A DNA stretch of 64,000 bases from an uncultured Solirubrobacterales bacterium (GCA_963785785.1 CAWAWI010000006.1:76204-140203); one strand, 5' to 3'; positions 17,369 through 28,380 are shown, counted from the stretch's first letter. Made by a program: numbers and translations. Notes: generated from the sequence alone by a model not told the origin.

Positions 17369-18486
17369 GACGGCACCTCCTCGCTGGGCGCCGGCTCGGG
17401 GTCTTCGTCGTAGCCGGTCACATACAGGTTCAGCTCATAGCGCTCGGGCCGACCCTCGACCTTCTCGTAGATCTTCTTCACCGCTTCGAGGTCCTGCTTT
17501 GGAATCTTGTGACCGAGGGCCGCCTGCTTGATGGAGATCTTGCCGCGGGCGATCGCCTTCACAGCGGTGGGCAGCAGCGAGAGCAGCTCTTTGGCGGCGG
17601 CCGGATGGAATTTCCCGAACCACGAGTTCCCCCCGTAGGAGCGGGGGGGCAGCTCGGCCTCATGGAGCAGTCCGTAGTCGCGCACCAGTGTGGTCAGCGC
17701 CGCCTCGTGGCGCTCCCCGTTGTTGCGGTCCACTATGTGCTGGTCCGATCCCGCGATCCTGCGCAGCCGCATGATCTGGCCCATCGGGTTGACGTCCTTG
17801 GGGCAGGCGTCCACGCACTTGAAGCAGTGGGTGCAGTCATAGATCCCGTGGGGATCCTGGGCGAGGTCCAGCAGGCGCTCGCGTTGCTGCTGATCGCGGG
17901 GGTCCCCCACGAAGCGGTAGGCCTTCGCCAAAGCCGCGGGGCCGACGAAGTCCGGGTCGACCTCCATCGCCAGGCAGTCCGACACGCACGCTCCGCACTG
18001 GATGCAGGCCATCGTCTGGGTAACGTCCACCATGCTCTCCCTCTCCACGAGGTACTCGCGTTCGGGGGCTGGCTCGGATGGCAGGAGCCACGGGGTCACT
18101 CGCTGGACCTTCTTCCAGTGGACCGCGTCCATGTCAACGATCAGGTCCTTGATCACGGGCATGTTGCCCATCGGCTCGATCTCGATCGTCCCATCCGGTG
18201 AGCCCTCCCGGGCCTGGTCCAGGTGGGTGTGACACGCGAGGCCGGGTTCGCCGTTGATGCGCACCCCGCAGGAGCCGCAGATCGCCTGCCGGCAGGAGCA
18301 GCGGATCGCGATCGACCCGTCGGCTTGGTCTCGCGCCTGCAGGATCGCCTCGAGCACCGACCGGTGGGGCGCGAGCTCGATCGTGTGCTCGTCCCAATAG
18401 GGCGCCTCCCCCGACTCCGGGTCGTAGCGGCGCAGCCTGAGCTCAAAGCGCTCCGGTGGCCTGTGGACGTCCGCCATGTCCGCCAT
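17365..18486 (-). CDS. sdhB: Succinate dehydrogenase iron-sulfur subunit
   Basis: [37 protein letters not shown]. Confidence 0.93.
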   Translation of the reverse strand: MADMADVHRPPERFELRLRRYDPESGEAPYWDEHTIELAPHRSVLEAILQARDQADGSIAIRCSCRQAICGSCGVRINGEPGLACHTHLDQAREGSPDGTIEIEPMGNMPVIKDLIVDMDAVHWKKVQRVTPWLLPSEPAPEREYLVERESMVDVTQTMACIQCGACVSDCLAMEVDPDFVGPAALAKAYRFVGDPRDQQQRERLLDLAQDPHGIYDCTHCFKCVDACPKDVNPMGQIMRLRRIAGSDQHIVDRNNGERHEAALTTLVRDYGLLHEAELPPRSYGGNSWFGKFHPAAAKELLSLLPTAVKAIARGKISIKQAALGHKIPKQDLEAVKKIYEKVEGRPERYELNLYVTGYDEDPEPAPSEEVPS

Positions 18487-20186
18487 CAGTACTTCCTTTC
18501 CTCGGGCTGCCACTGGGTGATCGTGACCGGCGAGTAGCTGACCTCAGGCTCGCCCGCCCCGCCGTCGGGGCGCGCGATCTCGATGTGCTTGAGCCACCGC
18601 TCGTCATTTCGATCGGGGAAGTCGGTCCGGAACTGGGCCCCCCGGGACTCCTTTCGCTCGATCGCCCCCAATACCGTCGCCTCAGCACAATCGAGCATGT
18701 AGCCGAGCTCGATCGCTCCGAGGACGTCCTGGTTGAAGACCGTCCCGCGATCATCGATCCAGGCCGAGCTCGCCTCCTCGCGCAGTCGATTTACGACCGA
18801 CAGCGCCTCCTGCAGGCCCTCCTCGTCGCGAAACACCGCCACGCGCTCGTTCATCGTCCTGCCCAGCTCGTCCTTGATCTCCGACACTCTCCTGCCGCCC
18901 CGCTCGCGCGCGAGGATCCCCTCGAGCATCGCCAAGTCCTCGCCGAGCCTCTCCTCGGCGGCGTCTGGCATCGCGATCCCCTTCGCCCGTGCCGCCGCAT
19001 GCTCGCCCGCCCGGCGTCCGAAGATGAGCGTGTCCAGTAGCGAGTTCGCCCCGAGGCGGTTGCCGCCGTGGACCGACACGCACGCGACCTCCCCGGCCGC
19101 GTAGAGCCCCTCGATCGAGGTTCGCCCGTCGACGTCGGTCTTGACGCCTCCCATGATGTAGTGCTGGCCCGGGCGGATCGTGATCGGTTCCCGCGTGATG
19201 TCCACCCCCGCGAAGTCCCGGCCGAGGTTGACGATCTCCCGCAATGCCTCCAGGGTGCGCTTGCGGGGGACCACCGTCACGTCCAGGTAGATGCCCTCGC
19301 CGTTGGGCCCCACGCCCCGGCCCTCGTTGATCTCGATCTGCTCCGCCCGCGAGACCACGTCCCGGGAGGCCAGCTCCATCTTGTTGGGAGCCGATTTCTC
19401 CATGAACCGTTCGCCGTTCTTGTTCAGCAGGTGAGCCCCCTCGCCACGGGCCCCCTCGGTGATCAGGATCCCCGACTCGACCAGGCATGTGGGGTGGTAC
19501 TGGACCATCTCCATGTCCATCAGGGGAGCTCCGAGCCGGTAGGCCAGCGCGATGCCGTCGCCGGTGACGATCAGACCGTTGGTCGTCGGCTTGTAGGCCT
19601 GTCCCGCCCCGCCACACGCGAGGATCACGTTCTTGGCGTGGAAGACCTCCATCGCCCCCGACCGCACGTCCCGTGCGATCGCCCCCGCGCACCGCCCCTG
19701 CTCGTCCACCACGACGGAGGTCACGAACCACTCCTCGTAGCGGTCCACCGTCTCGTGGTGCTTCATCAGCTGCTCGTAGAGCACGTGCAGGATCGCCTGT
19801 CCGGTGATGTCCGCGACGTAGGCGGTCCGCTTCATCGACGCCCCACCGAAAGCCCTCAGATCGAGCTCTCCCCGCTCGTTGCGGTGGAAGGTCACGCCGA
19901 GATGCTCCAGATGGATGACCTCCTGGGGAGCCTCCGCGCACATGATCTCGATCGCGTCCTGATCGCCCAGGAAGTCAGAGCCCTTGACCGTGTCGTATGC
20001 GTGCGAGCGCCAGTCGTCGGTCACGTTGATCGCCGCGTTGATTCCCCCGGCGGCGGCCACCGAGTGCGAGCGCACGGGGTGGACCTTGCTCATGACCGCC
20101 ACGCTCGCGCCCTCCCGGGCGGCGGCCAAGGCCGCGCGCTGGCCGGCGAGACCGGCCCCGATGATCAAGACGTCGTGTGCTGGCAT
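18486..20186 (-). CDS. sdhA: Succinate dehydrogenase flavoprotein subunit
   Basis: IIGAGLAG, RSHSVAAAGG, QYHPT, TEGARGEG, SRDVVSR, HYIMGG, HGGNRLGANSL, ESRG. Confidence 0.95.
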   Translation of the reverse strand: MPAHDVLIIGAGLAGQRAALAAAREGASVAVMSKVHPVRSHSVAAAGGINAAINVTDDWRSHAYDTVKGSDFLGDQDAIEIMCAEAPQEVIHLEHLGVTFHRNERGELDLRAFGGASMKRTAYVADITGQAILHVLYEQLMKHHETVDRYEEWFVTSVVVDEQGRCAGAIARDVRSGAMEVFHAKNVILACGGAGQAYKPTTNGLIVTGDGIALAYRLGAPLMDMEMVQYHPTCLVESGILITEGARGEGAHLLNKNGERFMEKSAPNKMELASRDVVSRAEQIEINEGRGVGPNGEGIYLDVTVVPRKRTLEALREIVNLGRDFAGVDITREPITIRPGQHYIMGGVKTDVDGRTSIEGLYAAGEVACVSVHGGNRLGANSLLDTLIFGRRAGEHAAARAKGIAMPDAAEERLGEDLAMLEGILARERGGRRVSEIKDELGRTMNERVAVFRDEEGLQEALSVVNRLREEASSAWIDDRGTVFNQDVLGAIELGYMLDCAEATVLGAIERKESRGAQFRTDFPDRNDERWLKHIEIARPDGGAGEPEVSYSPVTITQWQPEERKY

Positions 20187-20197
20187 GCGCCGGCACT

Positions 20198-21352
20198 CTA
20201 TATACCGGCGGCGGGACTCAGCGCTTTGCGCAGCTGCCCGACGGTCACGACACCCCGGAGAACTCCCTGCTCGTCGACCGCCACCATCGCCCCGAGACGC
20301 CCGAGACCCTCGCTGCGAAGCAGCGATTCCAGCGGCTGGTCCTCGCTGATCCGCACCGGCAGGTCCTTCTCGAGCACCTCCCCCACGGGCAGCGCCGGGC
20401 GGCCCGCGGCGATCTCCTCGTCAACCCGCTGCTCCCTGACGACCCCCAAGAAGCGCCTGGTCGAGTCCACGACCGCGAACCACGGCCACCGGTAGCGCAG
20501 GAAGAACTGCTCCTGGGCGTCGAGCAAGCTCAGCTCGGCCGGGATCGTGACCGGCTCGCGGTCCATCACGTCGGCCACCGTCACCCCCTCGATGCGCTGG
20601 CCGAACGTCCCCTGCGCGACCGCCGCGCTGGCGGCCCGGTGCAGGAAGTATGCGAGCACCATCACGAACAGCCCCGAGCTGTCCCCACCGGCGAACAGCG
20701 CCAGCCCGCCCGCCCCCAGGGCGAGCGCGAACGCCTGGCCGGTGCGTCCCGTCCAGCGGGTGGCCCGGTTGCGGTCCCCAGTCCGCCACCAGATCAAAGC
20801 CTGGGCGATCTGGCCGCCGTCCAGGGGGAAGGCCGGGATCAGGTTGAGCACGAGCACGAACAGGTTCACCGTCGCCAGCCAGCTCAGCCACACGAGCGCC
20901 GGGGTCGCCGTCACGTCGCCGCTGCCCGTGGCCACTTCGGTGAAGTGTCCCCCTCCCGCCACCAGCCCCGCGGCGATGGCCGCGAGGACGATCACCGCGA
21001 GAGTCACCAGTGGGCCGGCGATCGCCACCCGCAGCTGCGCCCCCGGGGTCCTCGGCATCTCTCGCATCCGCGTCAGCCCGCCGAACGCCCACAGATCGAT
21101 CCCCGCCACAGACAGGCCGTTTCGCCGCGCCACCAGCGCGTGTCCCAGCTCGTGCAGGATCACCGACACGAAGAACGACAGCACCACCGCCACCGCCACC
21201 ACGTAGGCGGTCGTGTGCGAGCCCCCGAGCACTTTGTGGAAGTCCGGCGTGAACCAGAACACGAACACGAACAGCACCACGAACCAGCTGATCCCGACGC
21301 CGATCCGGATGCCGAATATCCGGGCGAGCTGGAAGTTCGTGCGCGGTGCCAT
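20198..21352 (-). CDS. Site-2 protease (M50) with C-terminal CBS domains
   Basis: HELGH, AGP, NLIPAFPLDGG; CBS-like VADVMDR; -10 TACCAT upstream. Confidence 0.9.
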   Translation of the reverse strand: MAPRTNFQLARIFGIRIGVGISWFVVLFVFVFWFTPDFHKVLGGSHTTAYVVAVAVVLSFFVSVILHELGHALVARRNGLSVAGIDLWAFGGLTRMREMPRTPGAQLRVAIAGPLVTLAVIVLAAIAAGLVAGGGHFTEVATGSGDVTATPALVWLSWLATVNLFVLVLNLIPAFPLDGGQIAQALIWWRTGDRNRATRWTGRTGQAFALALGAGGLALFAGGDSSGLFVMVLAYFLHRAASAAVAQGTFGQRIEGVTVADVMDREPVTIPAELSLLDAQEQFFLRYRWPWFAVVDSTRRFLGVVREQRVDEEIAAGRPALPVGEVLEKDLPVRISEDQPLESLLRSEGLGRLGAMVAVDEQGVLRGVVTVGQLRKALSPAAGI

Positions 21353-21505
21353 CGACTGCAATGGTAGGGCTCTGCGGGTCCTCGGCACGGGCATCGCTCC
21401 CGTCCGGGCGGGTGTTCCTCTCACGGAGCCCCGCCCGCCCGCGCGTGGGGCCGTGAGTTGCGAGGTCCGGAGTTACGAGGTCCGAGGTCCGGGTGGGACG
21501 CCGGC

Positions 21506-23239
21506 TCAGGCGGCGACGTGCCCGCGGGCGAGGATCGCCTCGAAGTCCGTTCCCGCCGGGAGCGTCCCGTACTCGAACCCTCCGTCCCTGGCCAGCCGCG
21601 CCCCGCAGAACGCGTCCGCGACCGCCGCCGGAGCGTGGCGCACGAGCAGGGAGCCCTGCAGGCACAGGGCCATGCTCTCCACCACCCGCCGCGCCCGCTG
21701 CTCGAGCGTTGCCGGGTCGGCGAACTGGGACTCGAGCTCCGTCACCCTCTCGTCCAAGCGCCGGTCGGCGCCGTGGGCGAGCTTGACCTCTCCCAGGAAC
21801 ACCTCAAGCGAGCGTGGCGTCCTGACGAGCGCCCGCAGCACGTCCAGGCTGATCACGTTCCCCGACCCCTCCCAGATCGACGCCAGGGGCGCCTCCCGAT
21901 AGAGCCGGGGCATCCCCGACTCCTCGACGTATCCGGCCCCGCCGAGGCACTCCATCGCCTCGAACGCGTGGTTTGGCGCGCGCTTGCACACCCAGTACTT
22001 GCCCACGGCCGTCGCCAGGCGCTTGAACAGCTGGGCGTCGCTGGAGTCATCGCCGGCCTGGGCGTCGGCGTCCGCCTCGTCGTAGGCCCGCGCCAGGCGC
22101 ATCGCGAGCGTCGTCGCCGCCTCCGCCTCCAGGCACAGGTCCGCGAGCACGTTGCGCATCAGCGGCTGGTCGATCAGCAGCTTGCCGAAGGCCGCCCGGT
22201 GGGAGGTGTGGTGGATCGCGTTCACGACCCCCGCACGCATCCCCGCGGCGCCCCCGATCACGCAGTCCAGGCGCGTGTGCCCGACCATCTCGATGATCGT
22301 CGGCACCCCTCTGCCCGGCTCTCCAACCATCCGCGCCCAAGCGCCGTGCAGCTCGATCTCGGCGGACGCGTTTGAGTGGTTGCCGAGCTTGTCCTTCAGC
22401 CGCTGTATGTGAAACGCGTTGCGCTCGCCGTCCGGGAGAACCCGGGGCAAAAGGAAGCACGAGAGCCCCTCGGCGTCCCCGCCGGGAGACTCCCCCTGGG
22501 CGAGCACCAGGAAGAAGTCCGACATCGGCGCCGAGCAGAACCACTTGTGGCCGGTGATCTCATACTCCGCCCCCCCGCCCCCGCCGTTCAGCGGTCGTGC
22601 GACCGTCGTGTTCGCGCGCACGTCCGAGCCCCCCTGCTTCTCGGTCATCGCCATGCCCGCGATCGCCGAGCCCTTCTCGCCGGCGGGGATCAGACGAGGG
22701 TCATAGGTGGTGGCCGTCACCAGCGGCTCCCACTCGGCCGCGAGCTCCGGCTGGGCGCGCAGCGCCGGCACGACCGCGAACGTCATCGTGATCGGGCACG
22801 CGAACCCCGCCTCGGCCTGCATCGCCGTCATGTACAGCGCCGCCCGGGCCACGTGGGCGGCCGGCTTGTCGAGCTCCCGCCAGGGCAACGCATGCAGCTC
22901 GTGTTCGACACCCAGGCGCATCAGCTGATGCCACGCCGGGTGGAACTCCACCTCGTCGATCCGGTGGCCGTAGCGGTCGAACGTCCTCAGGACCGGCTTG
23001 TTCTCGTTCGCTAGCCTGCCCCACAGGTCCTGAGGCCCGCCCACCGCCCCGATCAGCTCCCCCAGGGCGCTCGCCCGCTCCAACACCCACGACGCGCCCT
23101 CGCGCTCGGTGGCCTCCAGGAGCGGGATGTTCTCCGAGAAGACGTCTCGCTGCCCGAGCGCCGGCACCTGGTTGAAGACCGTATGCGTCTGCCAGGGAGC
23201 CTCGTTCTCGCCCGTGGTCGTCCTGGGAGCGGTGGCCAT
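21506..23239 (-). CDS. Acyl-CoA dehydrogenase, AidB-like
   Basis: [56 protein letters not shown]. Confidence 0.9.
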   Translation of the reverse strand: MATAPRTTTGENEAPWQTHTVFNQVPALGQRDVFSENIPLLEATEREGASWVLERASALGELIGAVGGPQDLWGRLANENKPVLRTFDRYGHRIDEVEFHPAWHQLMRLGVEHELHALPWRELDKPAAHVARAALYMTAMQAEAGFACPITMTFAVVPALRAQPELAAEWEPLVTATTYDPRLIPAGEKGSAIAGMAMTEKQGGSDVRANTTVARPLNGGGGGAEYEITGHKWFCSAPMSDFFLVLAQGESPGGDAEGLSCFLLPRVLPDGERNAFHIQRLKDKLGNHSNASAEIELHGAWARMVGEPGRGVPTIIEMVGHTRLDCVIGGAAGMRAGVVNAIHHTSHRAAFGKLLIDQPLMRNVLADLCLEAEAATTLAMRLARAYDEADADAQAGDDSSDAQLFKRLATAVGKYWVCKRAPNHAFEAMECLGGAGYVEESGMPRLYREAPLASIWEGSGNVISLDVLRALVRTPRSLEVFLGEVKLAHGADRRLDERVTELESQFADPATLEQRARRVVESMALCLQGSLLVRHAPAAVADAFCGARLARDGGFEYGTLPAGTDFEAILARGHVAA

Positions 23240-23337
23240 CACATGACAGGGTACTCCCTCGCGATAGCATCGCCGCCCGGCGCAAGCTCCCCGGCGCCGG
23301 CTTCCCCGCGACAGCTCCAGACCCCGAGGACCGAACC

Positions 23338-24555
23338 ATGGACAAGATCAAGGTGCACAACCCCGTAGTCGAGCTCGACGGCGACGAGATGACCCGGATC
23401 ATCTGGTCGCTCATCAAGGACCAGCTGATCCTGCCTCACCTGGACGTGAACCTCGAGTACTACGACCTGAGCATCGAGAGCCGCGACGCCACCGACGATC
23501 GGGTCACGATCGAGGCCGCCGAGGCGATCAAGCGCCACGGCGTGGGGGTGAAGTGCGCGACGATCACCCCCGACGAGGCCAGGGTGAGCGAGTTCGCCCT
23601 GGGGCGCATGTACCGCTCGCCCAACGGAACGATCCGCAACATCCTCGGCGGCGTCATCTTCCGCGAGCCCATCGTCATCGCAAACGTCCCCAGGCTCGTG
23701 CCCGGATGGACCAAGCCGATCGTGATCGGCCGCCACGCCTTCGGCGATCAGTATCGCGCCACTGACACCTTGATTCCGGGCGAGGGCAAGCTGATGCTCA
23801 CCTTCACGCCCGCCAACGGCGATGAGCCGATCGAGCTGGACGTCTACGACTTCCCCGGCGGAGGGATCGCGATGGCGATGTACAACCTCGACGACTCCAT
23901 TCGCGACTTCGCTCGGGCCTCCATGCGCTTCGGCCTCGAACGCGGCTACCCCGTCTACCTCTCCACCAAGAACACCATCCTCAAAGCCTACGACGGCCGC
24001 TTCAAAGATCTCTTCCAGGAGGTCTACGAGTCCGAGTTCGAGGGCCACTTCGACCAGGCCGGGATCACCTACGAACACCGCCTGATCGACGACATGGTCG
24101 CCGCCTGCCTGAAGTGGGAGGGCGGCTACGTGTGGGCCTGCAAGAACTACGACGGGGACGTCCAGTCCGACACGGTCGCCCAGGGCTTCGGCTCGCTTGG
24201 GCTGATGACCAGCGTGCTGATGAGCGCTGACGGCAAGACCGTTGAGGCCGAGGCCGCCCACGGAACAGTCACCCGACACTACCGTCTTCACCAGCAGGGA
24301 AAGCCCACCTCCACCAACCCGATCGCCTCGATCTTCGCCTGGACTCGCGGACTGTCCTCACGCGGGCGCATGGATGGCACACCGGAGGTCACACAGTTTG
24401 CGCAGACCCTCGAGCGTGTCTGCATCGAGACCGTCGAAAGCGGAAAGATGACCAAGGATCTCGCCCTGCTCGTCGGTCCCGACCAGCAGTGGCAGACCAC
24501 CCAGGAGTTCCTCGCATCGATCGCCGAGAACCTCACCAAGGAGATGAATGCATGA
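23338..24555 (+). CDS. icd: NADP-dependent isocitrate dehydrogenase
   Basis: [50 protein letters not shown]. Confidence 0.97.
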   Translation: MDKIKVHNPVVELDGDEMTRIIWSLIKDQLILPHLDVNLEYYDLSIESRDATDDRVTIEAAEAIKRHGVGVKCATITPDEARVSEFALGRMYRSPNGTIRNILGGVIFREPIVIANVPRLVPGWTKPIVIGRHAFGDQYRATDTLIPGEGKLMLTFTPANGDEPIELDVYDFPGGGIAMAMYNLDDSIRDFARASMRFGLERGYPVYLSTKNTILKAYDGRFKDLFQEVYESEFEGHFDQAGITYEHRLIDDMVAACLKWEGGYVWACKNYDGDVQSDTVAQGFGSLGLMTSVLMSADGKTVEAEAAHGTVTRHYRLHQQGKPTSTNPIASIFAWTRGLSSRGRMDGTPEVTQFAQTLERVCIETVESGKMTKDLALLVGPDQQWQTTQEFLASIAENLTKEMNA

Positions 24556-24635
24556 GCAGCAACGCCACGTTCACGGGCGCCTGGAGGGCGTCCGTCCCGA
24601 TCAAAGGCGCCGACCGGATGGAGGCGCAAGCATGA
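24552..24635 (+). CDS. Putative 27-aa ORF overlapping icd stop and mdh start ([27 protein letters not shown])
   Basis: ATGA overlap at both ends; spans the whole intergenic gap. Confidence 0.4.
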   Translation: MSSNATFTGAWRASVPIKGADRMEAQA

Positions 24636-25612
24636 CACCCGTGCGAGTCACCGTCACCGGCGCCGCCGGCCAGATCGGTTACAGCCTCGTCTTTCGTATC
24701 GCCTCCGGGCAGCTGCTCGGCCCCGACCAGCCGGTCGACTTGCGCCTGCTCGAGATCCCACCCGCGATGGGCGCCCTGGAGGGAGTGGCGATGGAGATCG
24801 TAGACTGCGCATTTCCGCTGCTCGCCGGCCTGGACCTGCACGACAACCCCGAGGACGCCTTCGACGGGGTGAACATCGCTCTGCTGGTGGGCTCCCGTCC
24901 GCGTACGAAGGGCATGGAGCGGGCCGAGCTGCTGGGCGAGAACGGCAAGATCTTCACGGTCCAGGGCCGTGCCCTGAACGACCGGGCCGCCGATGACCTG
25001 AAGGTGCTGGTCGTGGGCAATCCCGCGAACACGAACTGCCTGATCGCGATGTCAAGCGCCCCCGACGTCCCCCGCGAGCGGTTCACCTCGATGATGCGCC
25101 TCGACCATAATCGCGCCGTCGCCCAGCTCGCCGCCAAGCTGGAGGCGCCGGTGAGCGACGTCTCCCACATGGGTGTCTGGGGCAATCACTCGCCCACGAT
25201 GTACCCCGATCTGTTCCACGCCCTCCTCAAGGGGGGCGAAGCCGCCGCCGCGGTCGACGACCAGGCGTGGATCGAAGACCAGTTCCTACCCAACGTCGGC
25301 AAGCGCGGCGCCGCGATCATCGAGGCTCGCGGCGCGTCCTCCGCCGCGTCGGCGGCGAACGCCGCGATCGATCACATCGCCGACTGGGTTACCGGCACCG
25401 ACGGTCGCTGGGTCTCCATGGGCGTTCCCTCCGACGGCTCCTATGAGATCCCCGAGGGACTGATAGTCGGCTTCCCGTGCACATGCTCCGGTGGCCGGTA
25501 CTCGATCGTGCAGGGACTCGAGCTCGACGACTTCTCGCGCGCCAAGATCGACGCCTCGGTCGCCGAGCTGGCCGGCGAGCGCGACACCGTCAAAGATCAG
25601 GGCCTTATCTGA
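24632..25612 (+). CDS. mdh: Malate dehydrogenase
   Basis: [48 protein letters not shown]; GGAGG RBS. Confidence 0.96.
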   Translation: MTPVRVTVTGAAGQIGYSLVFRIASGQLLGPDQPVDLRLLEIPPAMGALEGVAMEIVDCAFPLLAGLDLHDNPEDAFDGVNIALLVGSRPRTKGMERAELLGENGKIFTVQGRALNDRAADDLKVLVVGNPANTNCLIAMSSAPDVPRERFTSMMRLDHNRAVAQLAAKLEAPVSDVSHMGVWGNHSPTMYPDLFHALLKGGEAAAAVDDQAWIEDQFLPNVGKRGAAIIEARGASSAASAANAAIDHIADWVTGTDGRWVSMGVPSDGSYEIPEGLIVGFPCTCSGGRYSIVQGLELDDFSRAKIDASVAELAGERDTVKDQGLI

Positions 25613-25614
25613 CA

Positions 25615-25732
25615 GTCACGCCCCGAGTTACGCCCCGGTCCCGGTTACGCCCCGAGTTACGCCCCGGTCCCGGTTACGCCCCGAGTTACGCCCCGGTCCC
25701 GGGTAACGCACCGGTCCCCAGTAACGCCCTGG
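25615..25732. repeat. 29-bp tandem repeat x3 plus degenerate tail after mdh stop
   Basis: Unit GTTACGCCCCGAGTTACGCCCCGGTCCCG at 25615, 25644, 25673. Confidence 0.9.
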
Positions 25733-25820
25733 CCGGGAGTCGGCCTCTCCATGACTTGACTCCCGGCAGCATGCTTGCGACGGGTTGCGCCGGGCCTCCG
25801 GCCCCGCGTCAGAACTTCGG

Positions 25821-26327
25821 TCAGGACTTCGGGTGCCAGCCCCGGCCCCGCTTGGTGAGCTTGCCTTCCTGCTCGAGCCCGGGGAGCACGCGGTAGAGAT
25901 AGTTCTGCTTGATCCCCATCTTCGCCGCGAGCTCGGGGATGGTGATGCCGGGCTGTCCCTGCACGAAGGACAGCGCCTGAGCGGCACGCGTGCCGCTGCC
26001 TTTGCGTCGACCCGCCCGACGTCGCGTCGTCGTGGGGGCTTTGCCGCTGCCCGCGGGACGGCCCACTTTTTTGGGACGGCCCACTTTTTTGGGACGGCCG
26101 CGTTTTTTCCTGGGAGTCACAGTCGTCGCCGTCGCGGCTTTTTTGCCGGATCCGGGCGGGCGCCCCGGTCCACGCCGGCGAGAAGCCGCCGCTGTGCTGG
26201 TGGACCCGCCGAGCCCGTCCAATGCCGAAGCGGCGGCCTCCAGGCGACGGTACTCCTCCACCACCGGCGCCAGCTCCGCCAGCCGGCTGGTGATCTCTCG
26301 GCGCTTCTCGTCAAGGAAGTCGGTCAC
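25821..26327 (-). CDS. Putative DNA-binding protein: N-terminal coiled coil, AT-hook repeats, C-terminal winged HTH
   Basis: RRGPGRPP, KKRGRPKK, VGRPKK, VGRP; QPGITIPELAAKMGIKQNYLYRVL..L.QEGKL.KRGRGW; RBS GAGGA; 18-bp repeat at 26055-26099. Confidence 0.8.
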   Translation of the reverse strand: MTDFLDEKRREITSRLAELAPVVEEYRRLEAAASALDGLGGSTSTAAASRRRGPGRPPGSGKKAATATTVTPRKKRGRPKKVGRPKKVGRPAGSGKAPTTTRRRAGRRKGSGTRAAQALSFVQGQPGITIPELAAKMGIKQNYLYRVLPGLEQEGKLTKRGRGWHPKS

Positions 26328-26481
26328 GATTCAATCCTCTTCACTAGTAATAGTGTGTGATCTAAATTGGAATCTAAATCACGCTTGTTCTGCGCATCAC
26401 CTTACACTACCCCGCTCGGAAGCCCCCAGGCTGCATAAAGTGCTGCTTAATGATGGTGTCCGAGATTCCGGCAGCGCTGCG

Positions 26482-26934
26482 TCATGCGTCGCCTGAGTCA
26501 AAGTGAGCCCGCAGGCGGCTCAAGGTGCGGGTGGCCTCCCGCTCCGGCATGCCCCCGACGAGCGCCCGGCTTACGATCGCCCCGAAAGGACCGAGCGGTG
26601 GATGGAACTCGTTGCGATAGTCAAAGCGAGTGCCGTCTCCCTCGCGTCCGAGGACGTACTCGGTGCGCGCCCGCGAGCGGGCGGGACCGCGGCCCTCCCA
26701 AACGGCACGCTCGCAGGGCCGGCACCCGACGAGCTTCCAGTGGACCTCGAGGCTCACACCCCGCAGGTGTATGTGCTGATCCATGCGATAACCCACTCGG
26801 GGGGAACCCTCGTCGACATGTCCCAGCCTGTGGTGGATCGTCACCCAGTCACCCAGCCGGCTGGGATCCATCACCATCTGCCATACCTCCTCGACGGGGG
26901 CGTCGATATGGATGGATGCGGCGACGACACTCAT
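26482..26934 (-). CDS. SRPBCC/polyketide cyclase family protein
   Basis: SIHIDAPVEEVWQMVMDPSRLGDW, GTRF. Confidence 0.8.
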   Translation of the reverse strand: MSVVAASIHIDAPVEEVWQMVMDPSRLGDWVTIHHRLGHVDEGSPRVGYRMDQHIHLRGVSLEVHWKLVGCRPCERAVWEGRGPARSRARTEYVLGREGDGTRFDYRNEFHPPLGPFGAIVSRALVGGMPEREATRTLSRLRAHFDSGDA

Positions 26935-26965
26935 GCGAGCTGAGGGGCTTCCCGACCCATCGTCC

Positions 26966-27931
26966 TCACCGTGCCGCGAGCGGCTCGACTTCCTCCCACT
27001 CCCGCAGCGCGTTCTCCACCGCCGAGTCGAACGAGTGCAGCTCGACGCCCAGCAGCTCGCTCGCTCGCAGGTGGGCACTGCTATTCACACCCTCCGGCAG
27101 CAGATCGCCCCGAAGGCTCTCCATCAGTGCCACCGCCAGCTCGGGGTCCTCGTCTGCGATCGCCGCCGCCACGCGCGCCACCACGGGGGTAAGGCTCACC
27201 GAGAGCCCGAGCGCCGGTCTTCTCACCAGCATCGAATCGGCGATCCTTTCGATCATCTCACCGTAGCTGAGGATGTCCGGTCCGCCCAAGTCCAGCGACC
27301 GGCCCGCGATCGCGTCGGCGCTCCCCGCCGCTGCGAGCATCCTCCCGATGTCCCGTCCGTCGATCGGCCGGGTGCGATAGGACCGCCAGGACGGCAACGC
27401 GAGCATCGGCATGCGCTCGATCAGTCGAACGAGGAAGCGAAACGATCGCGACCGCGCGCCGATCACGATCGAGGCTCGCAGGACCACGGTGTCGGGCACG
27501 GCCTCTCGCAATATGTGCTCGACCGCCTCCCGGCTGGCGAGGTGACGCGAGCTCGCCGTGTCCGTCCCGGGCGCTCTCCAGCTGGCGACCGGTCCGCCGA
27601 GGTACACGACTCGCCGCACTCCCGCCTTCACCGCCGCCCCGGCGAAGTTCTCCGCCGCGATCCTCTCACGTTCGGGGAAAGGGAGCTCGTCACGGGCCCG
27701 GCCGCCCCCCGTCGCCTCCATCGAGTGGATCAGGTAATACGCCACCTCGACCCCCCGCATCGCTGCTGCGAGGCCCTCGCCTGTGACCGCGTCCCCTCTC
27801 AGCACCTCCGCCTGCAGATCGACCCCCGCCGGATCCCGGGCGAGGCCGAGGACCCGATGGCCTTCGGAGAGCAGCCTCGGGGCGAGCAGCGAGCCGGCGA
27901 AGCCGCTCGCACCGGTGACCAGGATGCGCAT
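26966..27931 (-). CDS. NAD(P)-binding atypical SDR/epimerase (YbjT-like)
   Basis: ILVTGASGFAG, AYYLIHSM, HLASR, LRASIVIG, GGPDILSY. Confidence 0.85.
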   Translation of the reverse strand: MRILVTGASGFAGSLLAPRLLSEGHRVLGLARDPAGVDLQAEVLRGDAVTGEGLAAAMRGVEVAYYLIHSMEATGGGRARDELPFPERERIAAENFAGAAVKAGVRRVVYLGGPVASWRAPGTDTASSRHLASREAVEHILREAVPDTVVLRASIVIGARSRSFRFLVRLIERMPMLALPSWRSYRTRPIDGRDIGRMLAAAGSADAIAGRSLDLGGPDILSYGEMIERIADSMLVRRPALGLSVSLTPVVARVAAAIADEDPELAVALMESLRGDLLPEGVNSSAHLRASELLGVELHSFDSAVENALREWEEVEPLAAR

Positions 27932-28051
27932 GTCCCTTCATCATCGTGCAAACCGGTTTTCTCTGCGATTTGCGGGATGGCCCGCGAGGGTCCCTGGCGG
28001 GAGTGCTTTGATGGGTGCTGTCCGTTCTACTTCGACCCGCCTGGGGGACTT

Positions 28052-28288
28052 GTGCAGAGAAAGCAGGCCAAGCAACGCGTGCCACGCAAGGTCAGCTGCG
28101 ACGACTGCTTCTTTCGCTGCAACCTCCTCTGCGCCCTGGATCTCGACGAGCCCTGCGCCACCTTTCGCCCGAACGAGGCTCAGCTGAAACCGCCACAACA
28201 GCTGCGATTCGTCTTTCGCCAAGAGCGCCGGTCGCGCGCGGCCTGGGCGTTCCCCTCCGCCCAGGAGCAGGCCGCGCTGCACACCTAG
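28052..28288 (+). CDS. Small Cys-rich hypothetical protein
   Basis: GTG after GGGGGA; CDDCFFRCNLLC..PCATFRP. Confidence 0.6.
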   Translation: MQRKQAKQRVPRKVSCDDCFFRCNLLCALDLDEPCATFRPNEAQLKPPQQLRFVFRQERRSRAAWAFPSAQEQAALHT

Positions 28289-28380
28289 CGGCCACCCAGG
28301 CCCCGTGTGGCGGCCACCCAGGGCCGTGTGTGTGGCGGCCGCCCAGGGCCGTGTGGCGGTCATCCAGGCCCCATGTGGCG
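28288..28380. repeat. 21-25-bp imperfect tandem repeat x4
   Basis: GCGGCCACCCAGGSCCGTGTG-like units starting at the upstream stop codon. Confidence 0.8.
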
